From positions 21,638,001 through 21,702,000 of the forward strand of contig NC_043014.1 of NCBI RefSeq assembly GCF_006345805.1: a DNA stretch of 64,000 bases, read 5' to 3'. A model generated the notes under the pieces. That model saw only the letters and a program-made list of their open reading frames with translations, searched no databases and was not told the DNA's origin. This document shows positions 25,191 to 38,400 of the stretch, in pieces (the first letter of the stretch is position 1; each line of letters opens with the position of its first letter). A program made the position numbers and the translations under genes. Origin of the DNA: Octopus sinensis (Eukaryota).

Positions 25191-27283
25191 TATGATAATA
25201 TCATATAATATTAATATTATTATAACAAATTTTTATTCAATGTTTTGATAACCTCCCTGTGGCAAATTTGGTTAAAAAATGATACAAACCATCTTTTTAT
25301 AGTTCAACAGGTATGTTTGACTTTATGATACCCCCACCCCTTCAATCTTCCTGCAGAGTCACCAAATATAACATTTACAAACTTCTATTTCTTTTTGTTT
25401 TTTCTTTTCTTTTTTATTTAGGGGAGCAGGGATTTCTCTTCTTTTATCTCTCCTGTTTCCATAACAAGGGTGTGGTGGTTCTATAAAATGTTGCATACAC
25501 ATACACACATGTAGATATGTATGCATGCACTCATGTACACGTATGTATGCACACAATCATACACAAACACATCTACACACACACACACATATACTTCCTT
25601 ATATAAGCACATACACATGTATACATACATACACATATTTACTTATATAAGCTCATACATGCACATGTATCCATATATATATATATATATACACAAGGAA
25701 TGGTGGTGTGGTAGAATCAGTCGAGTGCTTGGTTATATGTTTGTGCAGCTAGTCTTTACATCCTGTTACTTTCCAAGTTCAAATCGTACTTGAGGTTTAC
25801 TTTGATTTTTATTCCTCCAAAGACAGGAATTAAATAAACACCAGTCACATCCAGGGGTTGATTTAAGCAGCTTTGTTCCTTTTCCCCTTTCTCTATAAAT
25901 GTCTGGCCTTCAGTCTGTGTCAATAATCATTCCTCACATTTGGCTGAATGGTTGGAGCAGTGAAAAAAAAATGCCTTGTGGTATTTCTTCTGGCTCTTTA
26001 TAATGTTTTGAGGTCCAATCCCGCTCTGGTCAACTTTGCCTTTCATCTCTCATAGAGCAATAAAGTACCAGTCACATACTGAAGTTCAACAGCATTTGCT
26101 AACAAAATCCCTTCAAAACTGCTAGCCTTGTAAATATTTGTTGTTGTTAAGGGAAGGGCAGTATCACAAGAGTATTTGAGAAAATAGTTTCTGGGATTTG
26201 CTAATGACCTGCATTCAAATCTGACCAAGGTTGACTGGGATTGATAAAACAATATCCCAATCATCAAGTAATGTGGTTGATTAATCCTTTCATTATCATA
26301 TTTCTGTTGGACTACAATGCCTTTGTTTCAATTAATTGCGAAAATAATGAAGAATTTAGTAAAATAACTTCGTTGTTATTTATCTGGTGTTTGGAACATA
26401 AACTAACATGAACTTTTGATGGACATTTAATAATTAAGATCATTATAAAACAAGACATTTGTATCTTAGAACCATGGGCAGTTTCAGGCATGTTGGTAGC
26501 AAAAGGATTAAATCATTTACACCCTCTCCTAAAATTATAAAGGCCTTGTGCCTATGTAAAGCAGCAAGCATGCTGAATCATTAGCGTGCCAGATAAAATG
26601 TTTGGTGGCATTTTGTTTGCCTTTACATTCTGAGTTTAAATTCTGCCAAGGTTGACTTTGCCCTTCATTCTTTCAGAGCTGATGAAATAAGTACCAGTTG
26701 TGCACAGGGGTTGATGGAATTGACTTAATCTTCCTCTGAAATTGCTGACCTTGTGTCAAAATTTGAAGCCATCATCATTATTATTATTAAATGGGAGGTA
26801 GATTGGCAATATTATTACAGCATTGGACAAATGCCAATTGTTATTTGTTTAAGTTGTGTATATTCCATGTTCAAATCTTGCTTTAGTCATGTTTTTCACT
26901 GTGTGTATGTGTGTGTGAGAGAGAAAGAAAGATATATAGTTGCATGCCTTTATGCCAAAATGTAAAACTAAGCTGTATGATAAAGAGGGATTGATAAAAT
27001 ATAAGTACTAGGCTGAAATAAGTCCTTGGGTCAAATATCTAAATCTTTTCAATATAGTGCCCTGGAATGATTGCAGTCCAATAGCTGAAACCAGTTAAAG
27101 TCTATCCCCACCCCTATGCATACACCATACATGCACACACACACACATTTTGTTTTTATGTTCAATTATAAAAACAATTTTATATTAATTTGATAGATTA
27201 TTCCATGCTTTTGCAGAATACAAATTTATTATTCTTCTACAAGAACATTATTGTCAGTGACTTCAATGTTTTGGCCAGCTAAA

Positions 27284-27330
<47 letters not shown>

Positions 27331-27789
27331 TAGAAACCACAACACCAGGAATGTGTAGATATGTAAAGCATGATGCATATAAGGTACCTCATCTAGTCCT
27401 CTCATTTGTCTGTCAGTTATCTTTAGAAACTTTCAGCTTCTTAGTGTATCTTACTCACACCACTTCATACCATTTCCTAATTATATTCTCATTTGCACTC
27501 ATGTACCCACAATATACACTGATATACACTGATACACTCATGTATTTTCATATACACTTACACATGCATGGCTCTTTATATAGCCATTATCACCATTGCT
27601 GCAATGTAATTTTTTTTATGCATACATACACAAGCATATACATAGACATTCACATACATACATGTACACCCTGCTGTGTCCAGTCTTCATAACTTTTCAC
27701 TCCTCTCCATTAACCAGGTATAGTTTATATTGGCCATTAGTTGTATATCAAGGATTGTAAGACTATATTTGTGAGAGTGTGCAAAAATC

Positions 27790-28367
27790 ATTTGTATCAG
27801 TCATTGGATAGCAGCCATCCTGAAACACTGTCTTCAAGTGTTTTACATGATCATATCAATCCAAGTACTTAATATACCTTGTTATACAGAATCAATGTTT
27901 GTATGCATATGTCCTATAAGTGCTGTGCTCGTGTGTGTGTGTGTGTGTGTGTATAACAATGTAAGATACAATTAAAAAACACTTAAAACACAGTAGTAAT
28001 GGATTTAAAGTGTGTGCAGAGAGTGTTTTTTTTTATGATAATAGGGTCCACATATATACTCCCAGCATATGAGTGTATGCATATGCACACACACATATGC
28101 TGGGAGTATATATGTGGACCCTATTATAAAAAAAACACTCTCTGCACACACTTTAAATCCATTACTACTGTGTTTTAAGTGTTTTTTAATTGTATCTTAC
28201 ATTGTTATACACACACACACACACATGAGCACAGCACTTATAGGACATATGCATACAAACATTGATTCTGTATAACAATGTATATTAAGTACTTGGATTG
28301 ATATGATCATGTAAAACACTTGAAGACAGTGTTTCAGGATGGCTGCTATCCAATAACTGATACAAAT
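27790..28367. repeat. 578-bp near-perfect inverted duplication (arms 27790-28071 and 28094-28367)
   Basis: Arms are reverse complements apart from ~3 substitutions and small indels in the (GT)n and poly-T runs. The 22-bp spacer is itself nearly palindromic (GTGTATGCATATGCACAC). Confidence 0.97.
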
Positions 28368-30929
28368 AAAAGACTAAATGTAGCACACACATAAAATGCA
28401 TTATAGAAGGCCATAGTCCCTGATCTAAGTAGGTATGTGAATATATGGTACCTCATCTGCTCCACTCATTTGTCTGTCAGTCATCTTTTTTTCTTATTGG
28501 TTTGTTTAGTTTTTGTTTTAAAGGTGGTCTGACAGTCCACTCAATTCAGAAGTTTGCTTCACAACCACAAGGTGCTGTGTTTGATTCCACTGCATGTTCT
28601 TTGGGCAGGTATTTTCTACTTCAGCCTGAGGGTGAACAAAGCTTTGTAAGTGGAATTTAGTAGACACTAACAATGCAAAAGTTAACGCTGTATGTATGTG
28701 TATGTATACACTCACACACATGTATATATAGTCGTAATAGTGAACAAATGAAAAAAGATAACGTAACCTAAAGAGGACATTTTAGTCTTTCTGGGGAAAG
28801 TCAGCCTCTATAATGTTGGTGAAATGATAAAATGTTCCCAGTGCACTCTGTAAAGTAGTTGGTAACAGAAAGGGTATGGTACAAAAACCAAGCCAAATAA
28901 AAACTTATTCAGTTCATGATGGCCCATCCAATGCATGTTAGCCTGGAAAAAACATGTAAAATGATGATGTGCATCGTTTTACCTATTCAAATAAGTGTGT
29001 CAACAAAAATAACTTGGTATATATTTAAAAAGTCTGTTATAACCATGTAGTTCTGAGTTTGATCCCACTGTGTAGTATCTGGGGCAAGTGTCTCCTAACA
29101 AAACCTTGGTTAGCTAATGCCTTGCAAGTGAAATTTGGTAGCTGAAGACTGTCAGCCTCTTCTACATGTATGTGTGTATATATGTGTTTGCTTTGTATAC
29201 TGGTGACAGGGGGAGAATGAGAGAGAGAGATGACATGTGGTTAGGTAAGCTGCAGGAATGAACTTTTAATCTTCATGTTATATCAGGTGTAAAAAAAACC
29301 CAAAAAACCAATAAATCCCAAATATACCCCAAACATTGAATCACTGGTCATTTTATACACAGTTGTTTCACAAAATTTTTTTGTCTTATGTAGATAGTCT
29401 AGTTATTAAGTTATGGAAACATGAACAGCTGACATATTTTAAGAGCTGTTGCTGTTTACCATCAGGCCAACCACAACCATCTTGTCTATCTGTTTATCTA
29501 GGACATTTTTTTCACTGCATCCTTCCTCTTTTAAGTATGTGTGTAGCATGAGGGAGATTTGGTTGTGATTTTCAGAAGGTTGGAGTGACTATAGAGGTTC
29601 CTTCATTGGATCATGTAAGTGTAGGGTAGTTTGTGGGTGACTCACTTTGTAAATGTAGCTTATCTTAGAGTGATGCAGTCAAAATGTTCTTTAAACTGGA
29701 TGGGTAACCATAGTGATGGCATGTAGAAAGGATGCTTGTTTAAAAAAGTTTGTTGAGGAGGTGAATAACGAGTTTGAGTGCAGTTGAGGGGGTAGGTAAG
29801 TAAGATGTAATGGCTTGGAAAACACTGGTTTGCACCCTTTGTATACACATATATATGTGCATAGATGTGACATGTATGCACATGTGTTGTTTGTACATAG
29901 TATAGTTTTGTGTAGGGGGAATACAATGTTGCGTGTGTATAAAAAGTTAGCTGCAAATAACTCTTTGCAGCAGATTGAAAGAGAAAGAGGTAGGGGTGCA
30001 AACAAAAATAATGTAGGCAATTTCATATTTAGGATGTTGACAGTTGATGTTTGATTTTATATATATGTTGTTTGGATTCTGTCCAAAATTCTCAGACAAG
30101 AGTAGACAACTGCACCAGATGTTCCAGGTTCCGTCACAGGTAATGGCAGGAGATATAGGGAGTGGAGTATGTAAAAACTGCTGAAATGATGCCCTTGGCT
30201 CACTATTGAATATATGTAGGTTTTTGTTATAAATACCACTTAGAGATGGAGATGGAGGAGCATGCCATTACCCTCACCACCATCATTACCACTGCGAGCT
30301 AATGGAGGAAGCCTCTCTACTGTTATTTGACCTGCTAGAAATAGCAATCAAATCAACTTCAAATTGCACATTTTCTAGTTAGTAAAGGTAAGACGTGTAG
30401 TCCTAGATATATGGATGGTCATAGGTGGAATGCTTCTGATCATAGAGGTGCTCTATCATTTTTACCTAGTGCTAAACAGCGTCATTACCGTGAGTGTTAC
30501 TAACCATCACTACCACCACCAACATAACTTCTATCATCACCACCATTTCATTATCGTAATCATTTTTGTGCCATTTGGTGTTGATTGGCTAATATTGGTT
30601 GGATTCAGGTGAGTGAATGAGTAGAGTAGAAAGCAGTCATGAGAGTGTAAAGTGAATTTTACTCCTTGGCTGTTTTCTAGGTTGCTTGCTTTGAAATCAT
30701 CATCCAAACATCCATGTGATACAGTGGTTTCATACTTCTCTGTTCTGAGTTCAAATCCAGTCAAGTTAACTTCCAGCCTGTTGTCCCGTTTTGTTGGTAG
30801 AATAACTCTTATCACCTTCACAACTATCTTTACCTCCACAAGGAGAGCTTTTATGTTGTTGATCATACCTGACTACCTTAATAAAAGTCTTATTGTATAT
30901 TGTAGTTTAGCCCTTTGTGAAGATGTGCA

Positions 30930-31165
30930 TTGTCCTTGAGCAAGACACTTTATTTCACATTGCTGCAGTCCACTCATCTGACAAAATGAGTTGTACCTAT
31001 ATTTCAAAGGGCCAACCCTGTCACATTCTGTGTCTTGCTGAATCTCCCTGAGAACTGTGTTAACATTACGCATGTCTGTGGAGTGCTTAGCCACTTGCAC
31101 ATTTTCACAAACAGGCTGTTCCATTGATTGAATCAACTGGAACCCTCGTTGTTGTAGCCAATGGA
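30930..31165 (+). mobile_element. SINE body (third family; another copy on the minus strand at ~2040-2220)
   Basis: TGTCCTTGAGCAAGACACTTTATTTCAC..AATGAGTTGTAC..GCTGAATCTCCCTGAGAACT..GTCTGTGGAGTGCT is shared with the reverse complement of 2040-2220. Confidence 0.7.
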
Positions 31166-31185
31166 ATGTCAGTTGGTTAGTTTAA

Positions 31186-31406
31186 CCCCTTAGCATTTAA
31201 ACTGGCCATATCCAGCCAAACATTTTCTATTTGTTTTATGTTCAAACTGGCCAGATTTAGCCTCTGACATCTACTGTATAACGTCATTCTAAAAATAAAC
31301 AATCACATCATTGAAATCTCAGAGCTATGAGATAATGCATGATAAATTCAAACCAATGTGAGTAAATAAGCATTACCTTTGACAGAGTAATCTGAATGCT
31401 AAAGGG
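31186..31406. mobile_element. piggyBac-like MITE (copies at ~2390, ~8955, ~20460, ~34465, ~48500)
   Basis: TTAA-CCCCTTAGCATT...AATGCTAAAGGG-TTGA: short TIRs with CCC/GGG ends and TTAA-like flanks. Confidence 0.7.
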
Positions 31407-31951
31407 TTGAAGAAGTTCAACAGGGCTGTCATGGTTGGAGCATCTTTGATCATTATACTGATCAGAGTTAACACCGAGCAAAATAGCATCAATACTGTTG
31501 TTGATGTTGTGGTCTCTCCAGTAAAAACTTGTTGATTTGAGATTTGAAACTCATGGAGAACTTAGCCATGAGGACAGTGCCTCTGGCAAGATTGGTAGAA
31601 AAATTTGCAGGTCATTTGGAATTTGATTCCGTATCAAAAAATAACTGCTCCAGTGAAGCCAACAACAATCATCATCTTGCTCCATTATTATTATTATCAT
31701 CATCATTATTATTATTATTAAGGCGGCAAGCTGGCAGAATCATTAAGAATCATCAGAACTCAGAAACATTCTTTCTGAGTTCAAATTCCACCAATGTCAG
31801 CTTTGCCTTTCATCCTTTCGGGGTCGATAAATTAAGTATCAGTGAAACATGGATCTATGTAATCAACTAGTTCCCTTCCCTGAAATTTCAGGCCTTGTGC
31901 CTTTCATAAAAAGGATTATTATTATTATAATTATTGTCGTCGTCGCCGCCG

Positions 31952-32763
31952 CTGTTACAAAAGGTTTGCCTCTTTGACATGGCCAGAACAATCAGGAAAG
32001 TGTTAGATAGCTGAAAAAAATGAATTGCATGGTGCCATAGGCTTGCATGTATAGCAAACCTGATATACTTGCTAGACTCCAGGAGATCCAACAAAACCTG
32101 TGATAAAGAGAAATAATAATGGTAATAATAACAACAATGGTTTCTAATTTTGGCACAAAGCCAGCAATTTTGGGGAAGGGGTTAAGCTGATTGCATCAAC
32201 CGAAGCTGGTACTTATTTTACAGACCCCACAAGGATGAAAGGCGAAATTGGACTTGATGGAATTTGAACTTTCAATGTGAAGACTGACAAAATGTCACTA
32301 AGCATTTTGCTTGGTATGCGTATAATTCTGTCAGCTCACCACCTTAATAACGACGACGATGTCGTTATTAAGGTGGTGAGCTGACAGAATTATACGCATA
32401 CCAAGCAAAATGCTTAGTGACATTTTGTCAGTCTTCACATTGAAAGTTCAAATTCCATCAAGTCCAATTTTGCCTTTCATCCTTTTGGGGTCTGTAAAAT
32501 AAGTACCAGCTTCGGTTGATGCAATCAGCTTAACCCCTTCCCCAAAATTGCTGGCTTTGTGCCAAAATTAGAAACCATTGTTGTTATTATTACCATTATT
32601 ATTTCTCTTTATCACAGGTTTTGTTGGATCTCCTGGAGTCTAGCAAGTATATCAGGTTTGCTATACATGCAAGCCTATGGCACCATGCAATTCATTTTTT
32701 TCAGCTATCTAACACTTTCCTGATTGTTCTGGCCATGTCAAAGAGGCAAACCTTTTGTAACAG
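31952..32763. repeat. 812-bp near-perfect inverted duplication (403-bp arms, 6-bp spacer GACGAT)
   Basis: 31952-32354 is the reverse complement of 32361-32763 with only 2 mismatches seen. The ORF track confirms it with the same peptide on both strands (31888-32094 minus, 32621-32818 plus). Confidence 0.98.
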
Positions 32764-33158
32764 TTCTACTGGGCACTCTATTCCAATTTCCTTCATATTC
32801 CCTCTTGATGCCTTCTGATACTGTTCCCAAGGACCCAACAATAAATTCACCTTTTTCTATTATTATTGTTGGTGGTGGTAGCAGTATAGTTGGAGTAGTA
32901 GTAGTAGCTGCAGCAGCAGTAGTACTACCTACTACTACCAGTGTATTCATGTATTCATCTCATCATCATCATTTAATGTCCATATTCCTTGCTGGCATGG
33001 GTTGTATGGTTTGACAGGGTGGATTCAAAATATCAAATCCTTGTTACCTAGACTAATATTTTAACCAAGAGCCACCATTAAACTTAACATACCTTTAACT
33101 TTAAGTTAGAGTTATACATCACATATGTAAGTGTATGTATGTATGTATGTATGTATAT

Positions 33159-33214
<56 letters not shown>

Positions 33215-33937
33215 CTGTAGTGGAGTGAGTTTAAAATTCAGATTAATCTATCTAAAACATTCTGGCATCAGTGAAATAATTTTGTTTATCGATTTGAAAT
33301 TCAAATTCAGTCTTTATTATTCTTTTGCTTTTGTTTCTGGTTTCAGTCACTGGACTGTGGCCATGGTGGGGCACCACCTTTAAGAGGTTTCAGTCAATCA
33401 TATTCACTCCCTCAATACTTATTTCAGTCTGCTACTTATTTCATTGGTCTCTGCTTCTTTGTTGGCTTAGTTTTCTTCTTTTTTTTTTTTTACTCCATGA
33501 GGGAATGTAATTAACATGACTCAATACCTAAACACCACTAAATACTTTTATTCAGCATCAGTAAACACATACATACATAAACTTCACTCACACACACACA
33601 CTAAACTTGTGTACAGATTTGCTATCCAAATTTTATTCACAATTATTAGTCAATTTTCTTTAATTTCAATTCTCATTCAAGTTTTAATTAGTTTTTTTTC
33701 TTGATTGTGATAGTAATGTTGGGAAATTAATTGCTAATTAATTGATACACAAGCACACCTTCATTTTATCAAACACTAGAGCCATTTTTTTGAGTAACAT
33801 ATCTGTGTAAAAACAATGTGTTTTCTAGAATGTGTATCTGCAGAATATTTTGAGTAACACATCTTTGTAATATGTTTTCTAGTTCATATCTGTTGAAAGA
33901 GAAATGTTTATATATAAATTATCTTGTGCTTTTGTAG

Positions 33938-34054
33938 GTGGACAGCCAGCCAGAGTATGGAGACAGTCGAGAAAGAGTTAAAACTTTCACATTTGACTAT
34001 TGCTATGACTCCTCAGGACCCCCAAGTATGCCAGGATATGCTTCCCAACAGTTG
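33938..34054 (+). CDS. STARD9: kinesin exon ([39 protein letters not shown])
   Basis: tttgtag|GTG acceptor, TTG|gtgagt donor, 117 nt, phase 0/0; kinesin F.FDY motif and YASQ. Confidence 0.9.
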
Positions 34055-35447
34055 GTGAGTTCAATACCTCATTAGTCTTTCTGGCACTAGTGTTTTTTTT
34101 GTTTTCTTGAATTATTTTTGATACTATATGCTAGCAAATGAGAATCCTAAGACTTAGTATTTAGTAATATGAAAATAATAAATATTTAGATGTTTGTGCA
34201 TACATATATGCAAAATGTTTCCTAAACTTCAAGATAGGATACTGCATGTATGGTATGTGAGCATGCATAACTGTGCATGCTCATATACCAACTGAGATTT
34301 TCTTGTACCTTATATCACATGTGATCATTGGCCATTTAATTATAATATTTATACAGTGTATTAAATATTCATTATATAATAAAGACTATAATGAACACTA
34401 TATGCATGATGTTGACACAAATTATTCCCACAAAACAGCACATGAAACCTTGGATGGAGAGCTTTAACCCTTTAGTGTTTAAACCAGCTATGTCCAGCCC
34501 AAGTATTGCACCTGCTTTGTGTTCAAAGTGGCCAGGTCTGGCCTCTCACACTTACCCTACAATGTCATTCTATAGATAAGCAATCACATCATCTTAAAGC
34601 TACAAGGTAATGCATGGTTAGTTCAAAATAATGTGAAAAAAACAAGCATTGCACTTGACAGCATATTCTGAAAGCTAAAGGGGTAAAATCTCCTTTTTTT
34701 TTTCATTGCTCTTTCTGAAAATTTTAAAATGCAGAGTTTCAATTTTTTCTGATTTAAAAAAAAAAATTGAAGAAAAAATAAATTTTCATTAGCTTCTAAA
34801 TATCTGATCTTCAAAACATAAAAAATATTGAAAAAATACTTTTCTTTTAAAAAAAAAATGCATAATAGAATACTGGCTTTACAGTAGGCATACACTGAAG
34901 TTCAAAGGTCACGTTTGATTTTGCTTTTTGCTTCATTTAGAATGCATGAACTTTTTTTTAATGTGTTTTATACAGCAATTATAATAAATTTGACTAAACG
35001 TCTCTTTTTATATCCATGTAAAAGTGAAAAGCCAGTGTGTATAATGAGTTTTATTTTCTAAACTTCATCCCCATATTTGGGAGTATGCTCTATACATACA
35101 TATATATATTATACACAAATATATACAGTAGCTTGGTCTGTGTGTGTTACTCTAATTTAATTATGAAGATACAACTGTCTGTCTGTCTGTATGTTACTAG
35201 TTTTTTGCAAGATGATGATGTAGGCATGTTTGTCTGCATATCTTTATGTACATCACTATAATACAGCTTTTTTTATGGAGAAATGATGATGGAGCTATTT
35301 GTATGAAGAAAAGTGTCAACCAAAAGATGTGTGCATGTGTGGTTTATTGTGTTCTTGGTATTTTGAATTGTTTTAGTTACTGGAATATGTTGAAATCTAT
35401 ACTTTATTAACTTTGACCTCTCTTGAACTGACACACTATATACACAT

Positions 35448-35482
<35 letters not shown>

Positions 35483-38400
35483 AGTATGACTGTGAACACA
35501 CATCACACCATATACGTTTGCACATACACATGCATAAACACACACCTTATGTACATGTATATGCATATAAACACACAGACACGTACAGAAAGAGTCAGAG
35601 AAAGGTAGATTGGTTAATTCATAAGTATTAGATATAATCAGCCAGCATTACATAGAATTAAATGTGGATTTTGTGTGATAAGCATTATCTCTATTGGATT
35701 AGAGAAAACACTTTGGTGTAAGGTGGTGTTGGTTCAATCTGTTCCTAGTGCTGTCTGATATGATGTTCTGTTACCACATCCATGGAGTGGGGTGATGTAT
35801 GTAAGTTAAGGTAGTGTTGACATATTTAATGCTGAGAGTATTAAAAAGATAACTTGAAATATTTTTGCAGTGTAGAATAAAGAATATTAGTGAATGATTA
35901 ATATTATTTTCATTTTTCCTTTTGGGGTTAATAAAATAAGTACCAGTTGAACCCTGGGGTTGATGTAATTAGCTTAACTCCTCCCCTGAAATTACTGGTC
36001 TTGTTCCAAAATTTGAAACCAATATTATTTTTATTTTATTTTTTTTGAGAAATATTTTTCTTTTGTTTTTACACATTTCAGTCATTTGCCTGTGGTCATG
36101 CTGGAGCATGCCTTCAAGAATTTTAAGTTAAATGAATTGATGCCAGTACTTTTTTTTTTAAGCCTGATACGTACTCTTCCAGTTTCTTTTGCTGAACCCC
36201 TAAATTATAGGAACATAAGCACACCAACACCAGTTGTCAAGTGGTAATGGGGGATAAACAAACATAAAAACACACACCAAGCATGGCTGTATGGTAAGAA
36301 GCTTGTTTCCCAACTGCATGGTTCTTGGTTCAGTCTCACCGTGTGCTACATTGGGTAAGTGTCTTCTACTATAGCCTCAGGCCAACCAAATGTTTTGAGT
36401 GGATTTGGTAGATGGAAACTAAAACAAGCCTATCATATGTATGTGTATATGTATATCTACATGTGTTTGTGTCCCTCATCACCACTAGACAAGTGGTGTT
36501 GATGTGTTTGTGTCCCTGTAATTTAGTGGTTCAGCAAAAGAGACCAGTAGAATAAGTACCGGGCTTAAAAAATAAGTGCTGAGGTTGATTCATTCGACTA
36601 AAAAATTTTCAGTGTGGTGCTCCAGCATGGCTGCAGTCTAATGACAGAAACAAGTAAAAGATAAAAAGAAAAAAAAGATTGTATATATATATAGTTCCAC
36701 GTTCAGTCCCATTGCATGGCACCTTGGGGAAGCATCTTCAATACATACATACATATGTATGGGCTTCTTTCATTTTCCATCTACCAAATCCAATGACAAG
36801 GCTTTAGTCAGCCCAACATTATTCTTGAAGATGCTTCCCCAAGGTGCCATGCAATGGGACTGAACTTGGAACCATGTGGTTGAGATCTTACCACACAGCC
36901 ATGAGAAACAACTCCAGACATATTTCAACTATTTAATGGATACTATCAGAGGGACAAAGAAAGATAAGGAGACTCAAGAAGACATGATGTACCATCTTCA
37001 AAGGAGATCTGAAGCAAATCAGCATCCCCTGGGAAGATGCTGGTGGTTGTGCTCAAAACCAGGATTATTGGAGATGTCTTGCTGCCCAGTGTACAGATCA
37101 ACTGTATGGGGTGGGGAGACTAAGAGGACTTCCTCAATAAAGTTAGTCTTCATCATACCTGCTGGCTGAAGTACTGATGAAAGAATTACTTTTTTTTTTA
37201 TCCTGTCCACAAAACAGTGATGAAAAGATTGATAAAAGTCTGCACTGCAAGCATCCTTTTTTTCTTGGCACTTTTATATGCCAAGAGAATGCGGGAAGAG
37301 GAGGAATTTACCCCAGTATTTAACTTTTACTTGAGCAAAAGGGGAGGAAAGAAAATTTGCTTTGACAGGATTTGAATGTAGAGTATAGAGAACCAGAACA
37401 AATACCACAAGGCATTCTACCCAATATTTTAACAATTCTACAATTTACTGATTAATACCAAGTAAATGTGCAAGATTACACATTGCTTGGTTGGTTTATT
37501 TAGGAAATTAGAATTGGTTAATTCAGAGATGCCATTGTTAGTTAAGCTTGTGTTAACATATTTTTATGAGAGAAACATTAAAACACTAACGAGAAATGTT
37601 TATGTAGTGAGGAAAACTGACATTAAATGATGGTGATGATGATGAGTATAAATGTAAGGGTTAAATCTGGAAAATATGTGTGTGTTTTAAGGATGAAAGG
37701 TAGAGTAACATGGATGTTGCACTTTATAATCTGTCTCTGCTATTCAAGGTACTCTTTGTCTTTGCTCTGAAAAGTGGCATTTGCACATACATGGTAATAC
37801 ACTCTCCCCACTTTCACAAAAAAGTGGCCCTCTGATTAGCAAAGATTCACCAACACACTACATTCACTGGCCCACAGGTGTGTTGTCACCTCTTGCAGTT
37901 TATCCAACCACGGCTACAATGGCCTCTGTTCTCATGAACAAGCCAGTGCATTCTGCTTCCATTCAATCACATTTGAAACCATTCTCTTGTAGTGCAACCC
38001 AACAGTGTCCTGCAACCCTTCCTTCTTACTCCCAATTCTGATTGTTTCTCTTAATCCTTACTTCCCAGCATCGATCAACCCACTCTTGTTCTTGTAGATG
38101 TTGACTTAGAGATAGTCAAAGCTAAACACCAACAATATTAATGTTACCAAATATTACCCTCTGAAACAGTCTGTCAATACCATGTGGTATTGCTTCTTGA
38201 CCACATAGTTCTGGGTTCAGTCCCACTGCGTGACACCTTGGATAAGTGTCTTCTGCTATGGCCTCAGGCTGACCAAAACCTTGTGAGTGGATTTGGTTGA
38301 CACAAACTGAAAGAAGCCCGCCATGTGTGTAAATGTGTATGTGTGTGTCTTTGTGTCTGCTCCCCCATCACTACTTGACAACTGGTGTTGGTGTGTTTAC

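Noticed and set aside
30096-30139. AG...GT-bounded 44-bp candidate exon
   Set aside because: The open frames (TRVDNCTR.., KSRQLHQM..) do not resemble the missing kinesin beta-1 region, and the length does not fit the expected phase.
31888-32818. Identical peptide encoded on both strands (MLDLLESSKYIRF...)
   Set aside because: A by-product of the 812-bp palindrome; the peptide has no recognisable domain.
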